DNA of 64,000 nt from Thermoplasmatota archaeon (GCA_041659985.1 JBAZXE010000002.1:4714-68713), one strand, 5' to 3'. Positions 20,392-30,091 are shown, numbered from the stretch's first letter. Numbers and translations are program-made. The notes: generated by a model from the letters alone, not told the origin.

Positions 20392-22116
20392 CTAGCCGAG
20401 GGGCGGTGCCTCAGGTCCTTCTCCGGAGGGCAGGACGAACCAGAACACGGAGCCTTTGCCGGGACCCCCGCTTTCGACCCCGATGGCGCCACCGTGCGCC
20501 TCGACGATGCCCTTGGCGATGTAGAGACCGAGCCCCGAACCAGCGCGGGTCCGTTGCATCGTGTCGTGGACCTGGCTGAACGGTTGGAACAGCCGCGGGA
20601 TGGCCTCGGAGCGCAGGCCGATGCCGGTATCCACGACGCGCACGGCGACGCCGCCGCTGGCCCGCTGCACGCCCACCACGACGCGACCGCCTGCCGGGGT
20701 GAACTTGAGTGCGTTGGCGATGAGGTTGTCCAGCACTTGCGCGAGACGACGGGCATCGCCGTCGATCCACATTCCTGCCGGGGTGTTGGCCACCAGAGTG
20801 ACATGGGCCTGCGCGGCGACGCCCTCGAGGGCATGGACGGCGTCGTTGACCGCCGCGGACAGGTCCATCTTGGCGCGGTGCAGGGTCAGGTTGCTGGATT
20901 GGAGCCGGGCGCCGTCCAGCAGGTCTTGCACCAGCAGGGTGAGCCGTTGCACGTTGCGGCCAATGACCGCCAGGGCTTTGCTGCGGCGTTGCGGGTCGGC
21001 GTCCACATCTGGTTGACTCAGCAGCCGCAACTCGACTTGGATTGGGGTAAGGGGGGTGCTCAGCTCATGCGCAGCGGTGTTCATGAACTGGGTGCGCAGG
21101 CGGTTGACCTCGCGCAGGTTCTCGATGTCTTGGACCTGGGCTGCAGCGCGGCGGCGTGCCTCCTCGGCCTCGCGCACCTCCGTCACATCCTGCGTCGTTC
21201 CGATGAGGCGGACGACGCGGCCGGCGGCGTCCCGTTCAGCCCGGGCGCGCCAGGAGCCGAGCCGCATCGTGCCGTCTTGACGCATCAGGCGCGCCTCGAA
21301 CTCGAGCGGGCGGCCGTCCGCAAGGGTGGCCTGCGTGGCGGTTTGCACGGCGGCCCGGTCTTCGGCATGGATGAATCCCAGCAGGTCGTCGAGGTCCTTC
21401 GCCTCCGGTTCGGAGGCAAGGGCGAAGATGCGCCGCATTTCCGTGGAGACCGAAATGGGACGCCCTGGTTCCCAGACCCAGGACCCGACGTGGGCGAGTT
21501 CCTGCGCCAGGGCCAGGCCTGCCTCGCTGGCGGTCAGGCGCGCGTTGGCCTGCGCCAGGTCGCGCGATCGGGCGTCGGCGACGCCTTCACTGCGCAGCAC
21601 GGCGGCCTGGAAGAGGAACATGCAGAGCAGGAAGACGGCGAGGCTTGCGGTGAAGATGATGAGCTCCAGTCCTTGGTAAGCCAAGGCGAAGGCCCCGACT
21701 GCGTCGAGACCGACCAGGAGTCCGTCCACGACAACGAGGACGGTGACCCAAAGGCGGGCGATGGCGGGCGTTGCCAGGAAGAAGGCGTAGGGCAGGTAGG
21801 CGAAGGTCCAAAGGTATCCCGTGTGGCCCCACCCGCCAAGGGCGAACTGCGACGAGACGACAAGGGTCCCGACGGCCAGGATGCAGTGGGTGGCCCAGGT
21901 GTAGTTCCCGGTCCGTTGCAAGACGACGTAGTTGACGCTGATGACCGCGAACGAGACCAGATGGACCAGCGCCAGTGCTGGGACGGCGGCGACCTCGTAG
22001 TACAGCCAAGTCGAGGCGGCGCAGTACAAGAGGGCAATGATCGTGTAGACGTTCACGATGGCCCGCTGCGACCGCGCCAGGACCCCGTCGGCCGCGGTTG
22101 CCGCGGCAGGTTGCAT
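20392..22116 (-). CDS. membrane sensor histidine kinase (multi-TM + PAS + HisKA + HATPase)
   Basis: Trimmed to ATG 22116 (MQPAAATAADGVL). About 6 TM helices, a PAS-like region (GSWVWEPGRP...LIGTTQDVTE), H-box AAHELSTPLTPI, and NLIANALKF...DTGIGL...GSGLGLYIAKGIVEAHGG. Confidence 0.9.
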   Translation of the reverse strand: MQPAAATAADGVLARSQRAIVNVYTIIALLYCAASTWLYYEVAAVPALALVHLVSFAVISVNYVVLQRTGNYTWATHCILAVGTLVVSSQFALGGWGHTGYLWTFAYLPYAFFLATPAIARLWVTVLVVVDGLLVGLDAVGAFALAYQGLELIIFTASLAVFLLCMFLFQAAVLRSEGVADARSRDLAQANARLTASEAGLALAQELAHVGSWVWEPGRPISVSTEMRRIFALASEPEAKDLDDLLGFIHAEDRAAVQTATQATLADGRPLEFEARLMRQDGTMRLGSWRARAERDAAGRVVRLIGTTQDVTEVREAEEARRRAAAQVQDIENLREVNRLRTQFMNTAAHELSTPLTPIQVELRLLSQPDVDADPQRRSKALAVIGRNVQRLTLLVQDLLDGARLQSSNLTLHRAKMDLSAAVNDAVHALEGVAAQAHVTLVANTPAGMWIDGDARRLAQVLDNLIANALKFTPAGGRVVVGVQRASGGVAVRVVDTGIGLRSEAIPRLFQPFSQVHDTMQRTRAGSGLGLYIAKGIVEAHGGAIGVESGGPGKGSVFWFVLPSGEGPEAPPLG

Positions 22117-22171
22117 CACCGGGCAATCCACGCCTGGGCCTTCAAAGCGTCGGCGCTGAACGCCCCCGCCG

Positions 22172-22738
22172 TCACTCGACTTTGACCCATCCGCCCGCCG
22201 ACGGCAGGCGCACCAAGTGGCCGACCCGGTCGTCGAGTTCGCGCAGCCCCTCGCACCGCGGACGCAGGCCGTTTTGCGGGCAGGCCTGGCAGGTGCGCTC
22301 GAGGCGGTGGAAGCGGAAGAGCCACAGCGCGTTGAGAGCGCTGAGCGACCCCAGCAGGAGCACGATGCGCACGGCCAGGGGCGCTGGCAGTGCAAGGAGT
22401 CCTACGATGAACGCGCCGAACCCGATGCCCAAGGCGAGCTTGACGGCCACCTGTGCCGGCGCCGATGGGACGCGACCGGCGAAGCTGAACGCCTGCGGAC
22501 TTGCGATGAGCAGGCCGCCAACAGCCCAGGCCCACCAAGGCAGCCCCAATGCGCCACCAAAGAGCACGCCGCCGAGGACCGTGAGGGCAAGAACCGGGTA
22601 GCCGACGTAGCAGGCGATGCAGTAGCGTTTCCCGCCAAGGACAAACACGTCGGCCCGAAAAGGACCGCACAGGGGATGGTGCGACCGGCGGTAGGGGCCC
22701 ATGCGGCGGACCACTTGCCAAAGCTCGCGCGGCCCCAT
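22172..22738 (-). CDS. Cys-rich polytopic membrane protein (DUF2085-like, tentative)
   Basis: HHPLCGPFRADVFVLGGKRYCIACYVGYPV, then 4 TM helices, then a C-terminal CQACPQNGLRPRCEG. The start is uncertain (22738 or 22801). Confidence 0.5.
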   Translation of the reverse strand: MGPRELWQVVRRMGPYRRSHHPLCGPFRADVFVLGGKRYCIACYVGYPVLALTVLGGVLFGGALGLPWWAWAVGGLLIASPQAFSFAGRVPSAPAQVAVKLALGIGFGAFIVGLLALPAPLAVRIVLLLGSLSALNALWLFRFHRLERTCQACPQNGLRPRCEGLRELDDRVGHLVRLPSAGGWVKVE

Positions 22739-22799
22739 CGCGGCTCCATGCCGGCTCGTCAAGGATAAATGCTGCCGTCCCAAGTGGGGGTGGCCGACC

Positions 22800-23150
22800 A
22801 TGGGTGCCTACCGCTGCCCGAACTGCCAGGCGACCGTCAGCGCGGACAACCCGGCCGGCCTGGTGTGCCCACGCTGCGGCTACGGCGGAGCAGGCCCCGG
22901 CGCGGCCCATGCGGCCCCGCCGATGTACCAGGCGACTCAGCCGTTGCCGACGGCGGGCTACATGCAGGGCGCGGGGCCGATGTGCCCGCGCTGCGGCTCG
23001 ACGTACACGCAGAAGGGCGGCATCCCGACGTGGGCCATCGTGAGCGCCATCGTCGGCTTCTTCCTAGTCTGCGTCCTGTCGCTGCTGTTTCTCATCGCCA
23101 AGGACGACAACACCTGCTTCAACTGCGGAATGAAGTGGAAGGCGTCGTAA
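22800..23150 (+). CDS. zinc-ribbon protein with a LITAF-like split zinc knuckle around a hydrophobic hairpin
   Basis: Trimmed to MGAYRCPNCQATV...VCPRCGYGG, followed by a P/A linker and MCPRCGSTYTQKGGIPTWAIVSAIVGFFLVCVLSLLFLIAKDDNTCFNCGMKW. Confidence 0.65.
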   Translation: MGAYRCPNCQATVSADNPAGLVCPRCGYGGAGPGAAHAAPPMYQATQPLPTAGYMQGAGPMCPRCGSTYTQKGGIPTWAIVSAIVGFFLVCVLSLLFLIAKDDNTCFNCGMKWKAS

Positions 23151-24009
23151 GCGCCCGACCCGCTGGCGGACCCAAGCGGGGCATGACGTGCCGTTCCACG
23201 GCATCGCGGTACCGGCGGTTCCACAGCGGCCAAGTGACTGTGGCCACCGCCAGGAGGCCCAAGAAGCCAGTCGCAATCGATAGGCCGAGGGACCCGTCGG
23301 CGTCCAGAGGAACGACGATGGACAGCAGGGCCAACTCGACGGCAGCGGTGTTGTTGGCCGCGTGGATGAACGTGGACGGCAGCGTCGTGGCCAACAGCAG
23401 ACGACGTCCGCCCCCGCCAAGACCGTGCAGCACCAGCATCGACAACCCCGTGGACAACCCATGGAACGCCATGCGTCCATACAGGATGACGTCGTCCTCG
23501 GTCGAGTAGCTCAGCGCATGCTCCAGCAAGCCAAAGCCGGCGCCCACGACCAACGCCACTGGCAGGCGAATGGTCAGCCACCGGACCTTCAGTGCAGCGC
23601 AGGGCAGCAATGCCAGTCCGAGCTTGAACGCCTCCTCGAACAGAGGCGCGCCGATGAGGACCTGCGCAAGGAACGGCATCTGGTTGAGGAAGACGACGAC
23701 GGCGCCCGCGACGAAGAACGCCAGGGCCAGCCGCAAGTCGGTGCGTGACAGGCGGTCGACCAGCGGCTCGTCCGCCACAGTCCACATCCTGGGTCGCGGG
23801 ACATACTGGACGAGCGGTGGGCTGGGCGGAACGGCTTGCCATGGCGGCACCGATGGGATAACCGGAACCGGCGGGCGCGGTGCTGTTGGCGGCGGGCTGG
23901 TTCGGCGTCTTGCCGCACCTTTCGTGGTCACCTTGGCGGGCGCTCGACGCGTCGCTACCGGGGTCTTGCGGGAGGCCGCCTTCTTGGCCTGGCTCGCCGC
24001 CGGACTCAA
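23119..24009 (-). CDS. PrsW-like intramembrane metalloprotease (tentative)
   Basis: APLFEEAFKLG (EExxK), GAGFGLLEHALSY (FGxxE) and FIHAANNTA (HxxxN) on a polytopic core. The TTG start overlaps the upstream stop. An alternative ATG is at 23787. Confidence 0.6.
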   Translation of the reverse strand: MSPAASQAKKAASRKTPVATRRAPAKVTTKGAARRRTSPPPTAPRPPVPVIPSVPPWQAVPPSPPLVQYVPRPRMWTVADEPLVDRLSRTDLRLALAFFVAGAVVVFLNQMPFLAQVLIGAPLFEEAFKLGLALLPCAALKVRWLTIRLPVALVVGAGFGLLEHALSYSTEDDVILYGRMAFHGLSTGLSMLVLHGLGGGGRRLLLATTLPSTFIHAANNTAAVELALLSIVVPLDADGSLGLSIATGFLGLLAVATVTWPLWNRRYRDAVERHVMPRLGPPAGRALTTPSTSFRS

Positions 24010-24731
24010 ACTTCCCAGACCTCGCTCTTCCCCTTCCCCTTGTCACCCTTCTTCACGACCTCGGCGTCGACGACCTTGGGCTTGCCCTTGAGGGTCTCGC
24101 CCTTGGCCTTGGCCTCCTTCGCGGTGACGTAGCCGGCCTTCCTTGCCAACGCCTCGTTCGGGTCGACAGGCTCAGGCTTGGCCTTGCGGTGTTCGGGTGG
24201 AACGAGCGCGCTGCGCTCCTTGGCCAGCTCATCGTCCGCGTCGATGATGTCGCCGGAGCGGCTGAGCTTGCCGCCGCCCAGGGCCCTCGGCTCGGCCGAC
24301 GGACCGCCGCCGCGCCGCGGGGGCAAAGCGGCGTCGTTGGAGTTGTCGACGAGGCTCAACTCTCCCTGGAATTCGAACTTGATTGGTTCCTTGGCGATGC
24401 GCGCGAGGAACAGCTCCGAGGCCGCGACGACTTTCTGCATGTCGAGTTTGCGTTGGCCAACCGGGGCATCGGCGGGGTAGCCACCGAAGTAGACTGTGAG
24501 GAACGCCGACTGCAGCCGGCGCACGAAGATGAGGGTCGACGTGGCCCGGCCCATGGTGAGCTTCACGCCGGCGTTGTGCATGATGAAGCCAGTCTCGCCG
24601 CCGTCCTGGACCTCCCAGCCGTCGAGTCCCATTTCTTTGGCCTGCAAGGGGCCCCACAGGGTCACCTTGGCGTGCTTGGGCACCCGGGCCTCCCATTTGC
24701 TGACGTACACGCCAGCGTCCATGACGTCCAT
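24006..24731 (-). CDS. hypothetical protein with a Lys-rich C-terminal tail
   Basis: MDVMDAGVYVSKWEARVPKH...; C-terminus KAKGETLKGKPKVVDAEVVKKGDKGKGKSEVWEV. I recognise no family. It is translationally coupled to the PrsW-like gene. Confidence 0.55.
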   Translation of the reverse strand: MDVMDAGVYVSKWEARVPKHAKVTLWGPLQAKEMGLDGWEVQDGGETGFIMHNAGVKLTMGRATSTLIFVRRLQSAFLTVYFGGYPADAPVGQRKLDMQKVVAASELFLARIAKEPIKFEFQGELSLVDNSNDAALPPRRGGGPSAEPRALGGGKLSRSGDIIDADDELAKERSALVPPEHRKAKPEPVDPNEALARKAGYVTAKEAKAKGETLKGKPKVVDAEVVKKGDKGKGKSEVWEV

Positions 24732-24895
24732 CCGTCAGCCTCCAACGCTTGCCTTGTTCATGGTCGTCGCATCCTTCCGGCACTTCAGGTCCGGCCCGGG
24801 TCTTCAGGCTTGCCACTTGGACCTAGAATCCACTGCCCGACCGAAGCCAAACGCCAGGGACGCCTGACCGGGAATCAAGAACGCCCGGACAACCA

Positions 24896-25840
24896 CTAGG
24901 GCGTCCGCGCCGCGACGCCCCTAGACGGGGCCCGCGCCGTGGTCACCGTGTCGACAGCCCCTGCGCCTGCCGTGGAGATCGTCCGCCCATTGGCGTCGTC
25001 GACGACCACGAAGTCAAGGTTGACCCCCAGGGCGCGCATGCGGCTTGCGACGACCCGCATGAACTGCAGGGTCTGCCGTGTCCCATGCCGCTCCAGCACC
25101 GGGTTCAGGGAGTCGAGCACCACTTGGCTGCGCACGCCCAGTTCGTCGCACGCCGTCTCGATGGCAATGGCGACGTCGTCAAGGCCCGCCTCGCCGGCCA
25201 GGGCCAGCGGCCCCCGGCGCGTCGCGTCGACGAACACGATGCCCGAGGTCTTCACGCCGGCCCGGTGCAGCCGGTCGCGGACGGCGTCGGCCGGGTCGTT
25301 GAAGCAGGCCAGGACCACCATGCTGCCGGTCTCGCACAGGTTGGCGACGTGGCGGTTGACGGCGCCTTCATGCTCGGCCGGGTGGATGTGCACGAGGCGG
25401 ACGCGGCTCCAGGCGGCTGCGGTCTTCACGGCCGGGCGGCGCCCGTCGCCGAGGCGGATGTGGATGTGTGAGCGGGCGATGCTGTTTCTGACCACGCGCA
25501 CGAGGACCGGCCCGGAGAAGTGGCCCTTGACCAGGTAGTCTTGCGCGCCGTCGTGCAGCGCCTGCACGGCGAGGTCCTGGTCGTCGAACCCGGAGAGGAT
25601 GATGACGGGGACTTCGGGGTCGACCTGCCGGACGGCGTGGAGGGTAGCCAACCCTTGGCTGTCCGGCAGACCGAGGTCGAGCAGGACGGCGTCGAAGCCG
25701 CCGCGGCGCACCAAGGCCAAGCCGCTCTCCAGGGTCGCTGCGCGGGCAGTTTCCCAGCGCGACGACTGCGGAACGTCCTTCAGGGTCTCCAGAAGGAGGC
25801 GCGTCTCCCCGGCATCGTCTTCGATGTGGAGGACCCGCAT
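24896..25840 (-). CDS. response regulator: receiver domain plus a C-terminal RecA/KaiC-like domain lacking a P-loop (tentative)
   Basis: MRVLHIEDDAGETRLL...AVLLDLGLPDSQG...VIILSGFDD...DYLVKG. The C-terminus (VVLACFNDPADAV...IVFVDA...QVVLDSLNPVLE...LDFVVV) has RecA-fold-like strand order, but I see no GxxGxGKT. Confidence 0.6.
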   Translation of the reverse strand: MRVLHIEDDAGETRLLLETLKDVPQSSRWETARAATLESGLALVRRGGFDAVLLDLGLPDSQGLATLHAVRQVDPEVPVIILSGFDDQDLAVQALHDGAQDYLVKGHFSGPVLVRVVRNSIARSHIHIRLGDGRRPAVKTAAAWSRVRLVHIHPAEHEGAVNRHVANLCETGSMVVLACFNDPADAVRDRLHRAGVKTSGIVFVDATRRGPLALAGEAGLDDVAIAIETACDELGVRSQVVLDSLNPVLERHGTRQTLQFMRVVASRMRALGVNLDFVVVDDANGRTISTAGAGAVDTVTTARAPSRGVAARTP

Positions 25841-25905
25841 TCGCCCCGCTCCAACGCGGTCAGCGGCTTAAGAGTTCGTTGCGGGGCCGACGCACCACTG
25901 CGGAA

Positions 25906-26598
25906 TCAGACCCAGGACAGGATCAAGTCGACGGCCGCGTCGAGGTCAGGCACGATGGCGACGTAGGGGACGCCCTTGCGCCGAGCATGAGCTTCCAGGT
26001 TGGCCGCTGAATAGGTGGTGGCGAGCAAGATGGCGGGGATGCCGAACCCGGCTGCGGCCTGCGCATCCTTGAGTTTGTCCCCAATCATGACGGCGCGGGC
26101 CTTGTTGACGAAGCGGCCCTCGGAGGCAAAGGCGGCGGCGCCATCCTCCAGCATGCCGGAGTTGGGTTTGGTGCGGCGGTGGCTGAGGAGCGGATGCGCG
26201 AAGGCGGCCTCGATGTGGTCGAGTCGGCCGCCATGGGCTTCGAGTTCCGCCTTGAACTGGCGGTGCAGGCGGTGGATCATGCCAGGCGTCGCGGTGAGCA
26301 GGCCGACCCAGGGCTGGTTGGTGGCGAGGCTGGTCTGGATGCCGGGTTGGTTGAGGCGGGCGAAGGCCTCGCGGGCGCCGGGAAGCCAGCGCAGGTTGCG
26401 GTAGAACCGCAATCCAAGGAGCGGGTTGACGTTGAAGACGCCGTCGCGGTCGAGGAACACCGTGAACAGGGATTGTCCGGATTCTTTGCGCGATTTGCCG
26501 GATTTCCTCTTCCCTGCGACCGGTTTCGGCTGGGCTTTGCCCGCCGACCCTTCGATCCTCATCTGTGCGGGTCGGCGCGCGGCCTTTTTGGCCATCAC
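25906..26598 (-). CDS. HAD-IIIA phosphatase (GmhB / histidinol-phosphatase-like) with a basic N-terminal tail
   Basis: FLDRDGVFN...ATNQ...RRTKPNSGML...MIGDKLKDAQAA. Its start overlaps the folE2 stop (GTGATG). Confidence 0.8.
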   Translation of the reverse strand: MMAKKAARRPAQMRIEGSAGKAQPKPVAGKRKSGKSRKESGQSLFTVFLDRDGVFNVNPLLGLRFYRNLRWLPGAREAFARLNQPGIQTSLATNQPWVGLLTATPGMIHRLHRQFKAELEAHGGRLDHIEAAFAHPLLSHRRTKPNSGMLEDGAAAFASEGRFVNKARAVMIGDKLKDAQAAAGFGIPAILLATTYSAANLEAHARRKGVPYVAIVPDLDAAVDLILSWV

Positions 26599-27506
26599 AA
26601 ATCACCCAGCGTCGTGGTGCGCTCCGCGTAGGCGTTGTGCTTGTGGATGGATTCCTCGGCCTCGGAGGAGACGAAGACGCGGACCTCCTTGCCAAGGCGA
26701 ATGTACCGGTCCGCCGCCTTGTGCAGGACTTCCCGCACGACGTCCTCGACGAAACGCGGGTTGTTGTGAGCCTGCAGGACGAGGTCGCCCTCGTCGCCGC
26801 GCTTGAGCAACTCGAAGGTCGGCGCCGACAGGGAGTCTTCGCAGATTTGCACAAGGTCGGCCGCCTCGACGTCGGTCTCGCCGGGGACGTCGACGATGAG
26901 GGTGACGCGGTTGCGTTGGTTGTGCGTGATGAACGGCAGGTCCTTGGGTACTTTCGCGCCGAGCTTGTGCCGCACCGTCTCCATGGCGCACGGGCAGGCG
27001 GACATGCCGACGACCTGGACGCCGACGCGCCGCGTGGTGCTGGGTTTGCCCTTGCCCTTGCCGCGGAAAGCCTCGGCTTCCGCCAGAAGGCGATAGTTCT
27101 CCACGCTGGGTTTACCGCCGGGGTTGCGCCGGGTGAGGAAGTAGTCCGCTTCAGCCTTGATGTGGGCATGGCTGGCGTAGTCATGCTTGTCCAGAAGACG
27201 CACCGCCAGGCGGCGGCACAACGATTCCAGGCTCGAGGCCTCCTCGGCGACCTCCTCGTCAAGGATGTCGGCCAGCGCCTCGAGGTTGCGGCTCATGTGC
27301 GTGCCCTTCTGCGTCTTGGGCAGATCGACGAAGAGGTCGAACGCCGCCACGACGCCGCTGGCTTTCTGGCCGGGGCGGTGCACGGTCACCGGTTTCTTGA
27401 CGCCGCGGACGCCGACGCGGGTGAGCCGGTAGGGGCGCGGCGATTCGGCGGCCTGCACGTCGGGCGACTCCGTCCCCATCGCGCGTTTGACTGCAGGTTT
27501 GGCCAC
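26595..27506 (-). CDS. folE2: GTP cyclohydrolase IB family (FolE2 / MptA)
   Basis: QKGTHMSRN...GMSACPCAME...THNQRN...EAEESIHKHNAYA. Confidence 0.88.
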   Translation of the reverse strand: MAKPAVKRAMGTESPDVQAAESPRPYRLTRVGVRGVKKPVTVHRPGQKASGVVAAFDLFVDLPKTQKGTHMSRNLEALADILDEEVAEEASSLESLCRRLAVRLLDKHDYASHAHIKAEADYFLTRRNPGGKPSVENYRLLAEAEAFRGKGKGKPSTTRRVGVQVVGMSACPCAMETVRHKLGAKVPKDLPFITHNQRNRVTLIVDVPGETDVEAADLVQICEDSLSAPTFELLKRGDEGDLVLQAHNNPRFVEDVVREVLHKAADRYIRLGKEVRVFVSSEAEESIHKHNAYAERTTTLGDL

Positions 27507-27539
27507 GATGCTCGCACCGAAGGCCTGGACTTGAAGCTG

Positions 27540-27818
27540 CTACCCCGGCAGGCGGTTCCAGGCGAGGGCAAGGAAGGCGGCGTTGAGGGCCGCGCACGCA
27601 ATGAAGGGCGCAAGAAAACGCACCTTGCGGGTCTTGTGGTGCGCCAGGGAAAAGCCCAGGAATTCACCAGGCCAGCCGCCCAGCAAGGCAAGGGCATGGA
27701 AGACGGCCTCCGGAACACGGCCCTGGCCGCGGCGGGCGCGTCGCTTGTCCACCACGGCGACGGCAAGGCCAATGAGGTTGGCGGCGGCGAGCCACGACCA
27801 CGCCCACGTCGGGAACAC
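27540..27818 (-). CDS. DUF1294 membrane protein
   Basis: VDKRRARRGQGRVPEAVFHALALLGGWPGEFLGFSLAHHKTRKVRF. Trimmed to GTG 27818 because the longer track ORF would overlap queD. Confidence 0.65.
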   Translation of the reverse strand: MFPTWAWSWLAAANLIGLAVAVVDKRRARRGQGRVPEAVFHALALLGGWPGEFLGFSLAHHKTRKVRFLAPFIACAALNAAFLALAWNRLPG

Positions 27819-27897
27819 GAATCGCGATGGCTGCAGGGGCAAAAGGCAGCCGGGCCACAGGGGCAGGGGTTTTCCGCCCCGGATTGGTCGCCATGGC

Positions 27898-28437
27898 GTG
27901 CTCGAACTGAAGATTGACGGCTGGCGCAAGGGTCTGCGGTTCAGCTCGGCCCACATCACGCCGGAGCACAAGAAGTGCGGCCGCCTGCATGGCCACACGT
28001 ATGCCATCCATCTGCGGATGCGCGGCGACCAGGACGAGTGGGGCATCGTCCTCGACTTCGGCATCATCACGGACACGCTGAAGCAGATTGGCGACGAGAT
28101 CGACCACCTCGTCCTCGTTCCGACGGAGAGCAACCACTACTCCGACCTCAAGGTCACCAAGGACACCGTGCAGTTCCGCGTCACCGACCCGTACACCGGG
28201 GAGCCGAAGCGCTTCAACTTCCCGCGCCAGGACTGCGCCATGCTGCCGATTCCCTCGACGACGGCGGAGGACCTGGCGAAATACGTCTACCGCGAGTTCA
28301 TGCGCCGCACCAAGTTCACCACCGACACGGCGTTCGTCGAGGTCGGCGTGGACGAGGGCTACGGCAAAGGCGCCTGGTATGGCGAGGAAAAGGGCGTCAA
28401 GGCAAAGCCCACCAAGGCGAGCCGCAAGAAGCGCTAG
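27898..28437 (+). CDS. queD: 6-carboxytetrahydropterin synthase / PTPS family
   Basis: GTG 27898: MLELKIDGWRKGLRFSSAHITPEHKKCGRLHGHTYAIHL...LDFG. Lys-rich C-terminal tail. Confidence 0.82.
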   Translation: MLELKIDGWRKGLRFSSAHITPEHKKCGRLHGHTYAIHLRMRGDQDEWGIVLDFGIITDTLKQIGDEIDHLVLVPTESNHYSDLKVTKDTVQFRVTDPYTGEPKRFNFPRQDCAMLPIPSTTAEDLAKYVYREFMRRTKFTTDTAFVEVGVDEGYGKGAWYGEEKGVKAKPTKASRKKR

Positions 28438-28467
28438 CGCTGACGAACCGCCGTTTCGGGGGACCTG

Positions 28468-28556
28468 GGATTGAGCGGAGGCTCTTCGGGGATTGCATCG
28501 GCTCGATTGCCACGTGGAAGCTCGTCAAATTGAGCAGAGGTCTGTTCAATCCGTGG
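28468..28556. repeat. degenerate GGATTG / CAATCC box cluster between convergent genes
   Basis: GGGATTGAGCGG 28468, GGGGATTGCATCGG 28488 and CGATTGCC 28504, then CAAATTGAGC 28527 and CAATCCGTGG 28547. Confidence 0.45.
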
Positions 28557-28577
28557 TCCCCCACACTGGAACGATGC

Positions 28578-29177
28578 CTACGAGCCCAATCCAGTCACGT
28601 CGAGGAGGCTGCCGCGTTCGGCCGACAGGGAATCCACCACGACGACCAGGCAGCACAACACGCGCGGGTCGAGGCCAGGTTGGTCGATGTGCAAATCGTA
28701 GGTATCGCCCCAGACCTGGAACGTCCCTTCCACGCGGGCCACAGGCTGCCCCATGGCGTTGCCGACCTGGGCGCGGTACGGGATGAGCCGCGTGAGCATC
28801 CGGCGGGCCAGTCCGCGGCCCGTGGATTCCAGCAGTTCGCCGTGCACGAAACCATCGGGGCCAAGCACCTGCCAGTGGTCCGCCAGGATGCTGGCCCAAC
28901 CCTTGCGACGCAAGGTCCCCAAGAGGACGCCGGCCGCGTCGCGGACCTCCAGGTTGGCCTGGAAATCGAACACCTTGGTGGCCTTGACCTGGAAGCAGAC
29001 GACGGCCTTACTCTCATCGGTGTAGACCGTCCAGGCCTCCTTGATGCGCATCCAGCGCTGCGCCACGTAGGCCAGAAGTCGGCCGTCTCCGCCCTCGATG
29101 CGGTACTGCCGCCCCAACGTGAGCCGGCGTTCGACGATGCGGTAGCGCGGCTGGTCCCACGGCGCGGCCAAGGCCAT
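28578..29177 (-). CDS. LURP-one-related / tubby-C-like (DUF567-type) protein
   Basis: Trimmed to ATG 29177: [56 protein letters not shown]... Confidence 0.6.
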   Translation of the reverse strand: MALAAPWDQPRYRIVERRLTLGRQYRIEGGDGRLLAYVAQRWMRIKEAWTVYTDESKAVVCFQVKATKVFDFQANLEVRDAAGVLLGTLRRKGWASILADHWQVLGPDGFVHGELLESTGRGLARRMLTRLIPYRAQVGNAMGQPVARVEGTFQVWGDTYDLHIDQPGLDPRVLCCLVVVVDSLSAERGSLLDVTGLGS

Positions 29178-29212
29178 GCCGGCGAACCAGGGAACTGGGC
29201 TATCATGTTGCC

Positions 29213-30091
29213 GTGGGCACGCCGGCAGGGAGCCGCCAACTGGTTGGGGCGTGTCCTGCCCCCGACCCATGGCCAACGGTGCATCCTTTTCATCCGCTCC
29301 CTCGTGGCCTGGACGTGGCGCGGACGGCGGCGAAGACCGAAGGCCGGGGCGGCAAGCCGCAGGCCATTCGCAACTCCACACGCGGGCCGGCCTCCCACCC
29401 GAAGACGCGTCGCCCGCGCGCGGTCGTCCTGCTGTCCGGAGGCCTGGACTCCACGACCGCCGCAGCCTGGGCCAAAGCCGAAGGCCACGACATCTATGCC
29501 TTGTCGTTCGACTACGGTCAACGCCACAGGAAGGAGTTGACCCGCGCCAAGGCCGTGGCGAAGGCCCTGGGCGTGAAGGACCACAAGGTTCTCCGGCTCC
29601 CCATCGGCGACCTGGGCCACTCGGCCCTCACCGACCGGTCCATCGCGGTGCCCGACGCCTCCAAGACGGCTGCCATCGGGTCGTCCATCCCATCGACCTA
29701 CGTCCCGGCGCGCAACACCGTGTTCCTGTCGTTTGCCCTGGGGTACGCCGAGGTCGTGGGAGCGTCCGCCATCGTCATCGGCGCCAACGCCCTGGACTAC
29801 TCGGGCTACCCGGACTGCCGCCCGGAATACCTGGCGGCCTTCGAGACCATGGCGAACCTGGCTACCAAGGCTGGCGTGGAAGGCCGGACCGTCAAGGTCT
29901 TGGCCCCATTGTTGCACATGTCAAAGAAGGACATCGTGCTCGCCGCCCGTCGCCTCAAGGCCCCCATCGCGCAGACCTGGAGTTGCTATCGGGGCGGAAG
30001 GGCCCCGTGCGGGACCTGCGAGTCGTGCGTGCTTCGAGCCAAGGGGTTTGCCGAGGCTGGACTGACCGACGCGGCCCTCACGGTGGGTTGA
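29213..30091 (+). CDS. queC: 7-cyano-7-deazaguanine synthase
   Basis: [17 protein letters not shown]...[22 protein letters not shown]...[19 protein letters not shown]. The N-terminal ~75 aa are doubtful. An alternative GTG is at 29315. Confidence 0.9.
   Translation: MGTPAGSRQLVGACPAPDPWPTVHPFHPLPRGLDVARTAAKTEGRGGKPQAIRNSTRGPASHPKTRRPRAVVLLSGGLDSTTAAAWAKAEGHDIYALSFDYGQRHRKELTRAKAVAKALGVKDHKVLRLPIGDLGHSALTDRSIAVPDASKTAAIGSSIPSTYVPARNTVFLSFALGYAEVVGASAIVIGANALDYSGYPDCRPEYLAAFETMANLATKAGVEGRTVKVLAPLLHMSKKDIVLAARRLKAPIAQTWSCYRGGRAPCGTCESCVLRAKGFAEAGLTDAALTVG

Noticed and set aside
18551-22185. Plus-strand ORFs 18551..19618 (355 aa) and 19681..22185 (834 aa).
   Set aside because: They are antisense to the ribosomal protein genes P0 and L1 and to the PAS histidine kinase.
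26565-27917. 450-aa plus-strand ORF.
   Set aside because: It is antisense to folE2 and the DUF1294 gene.
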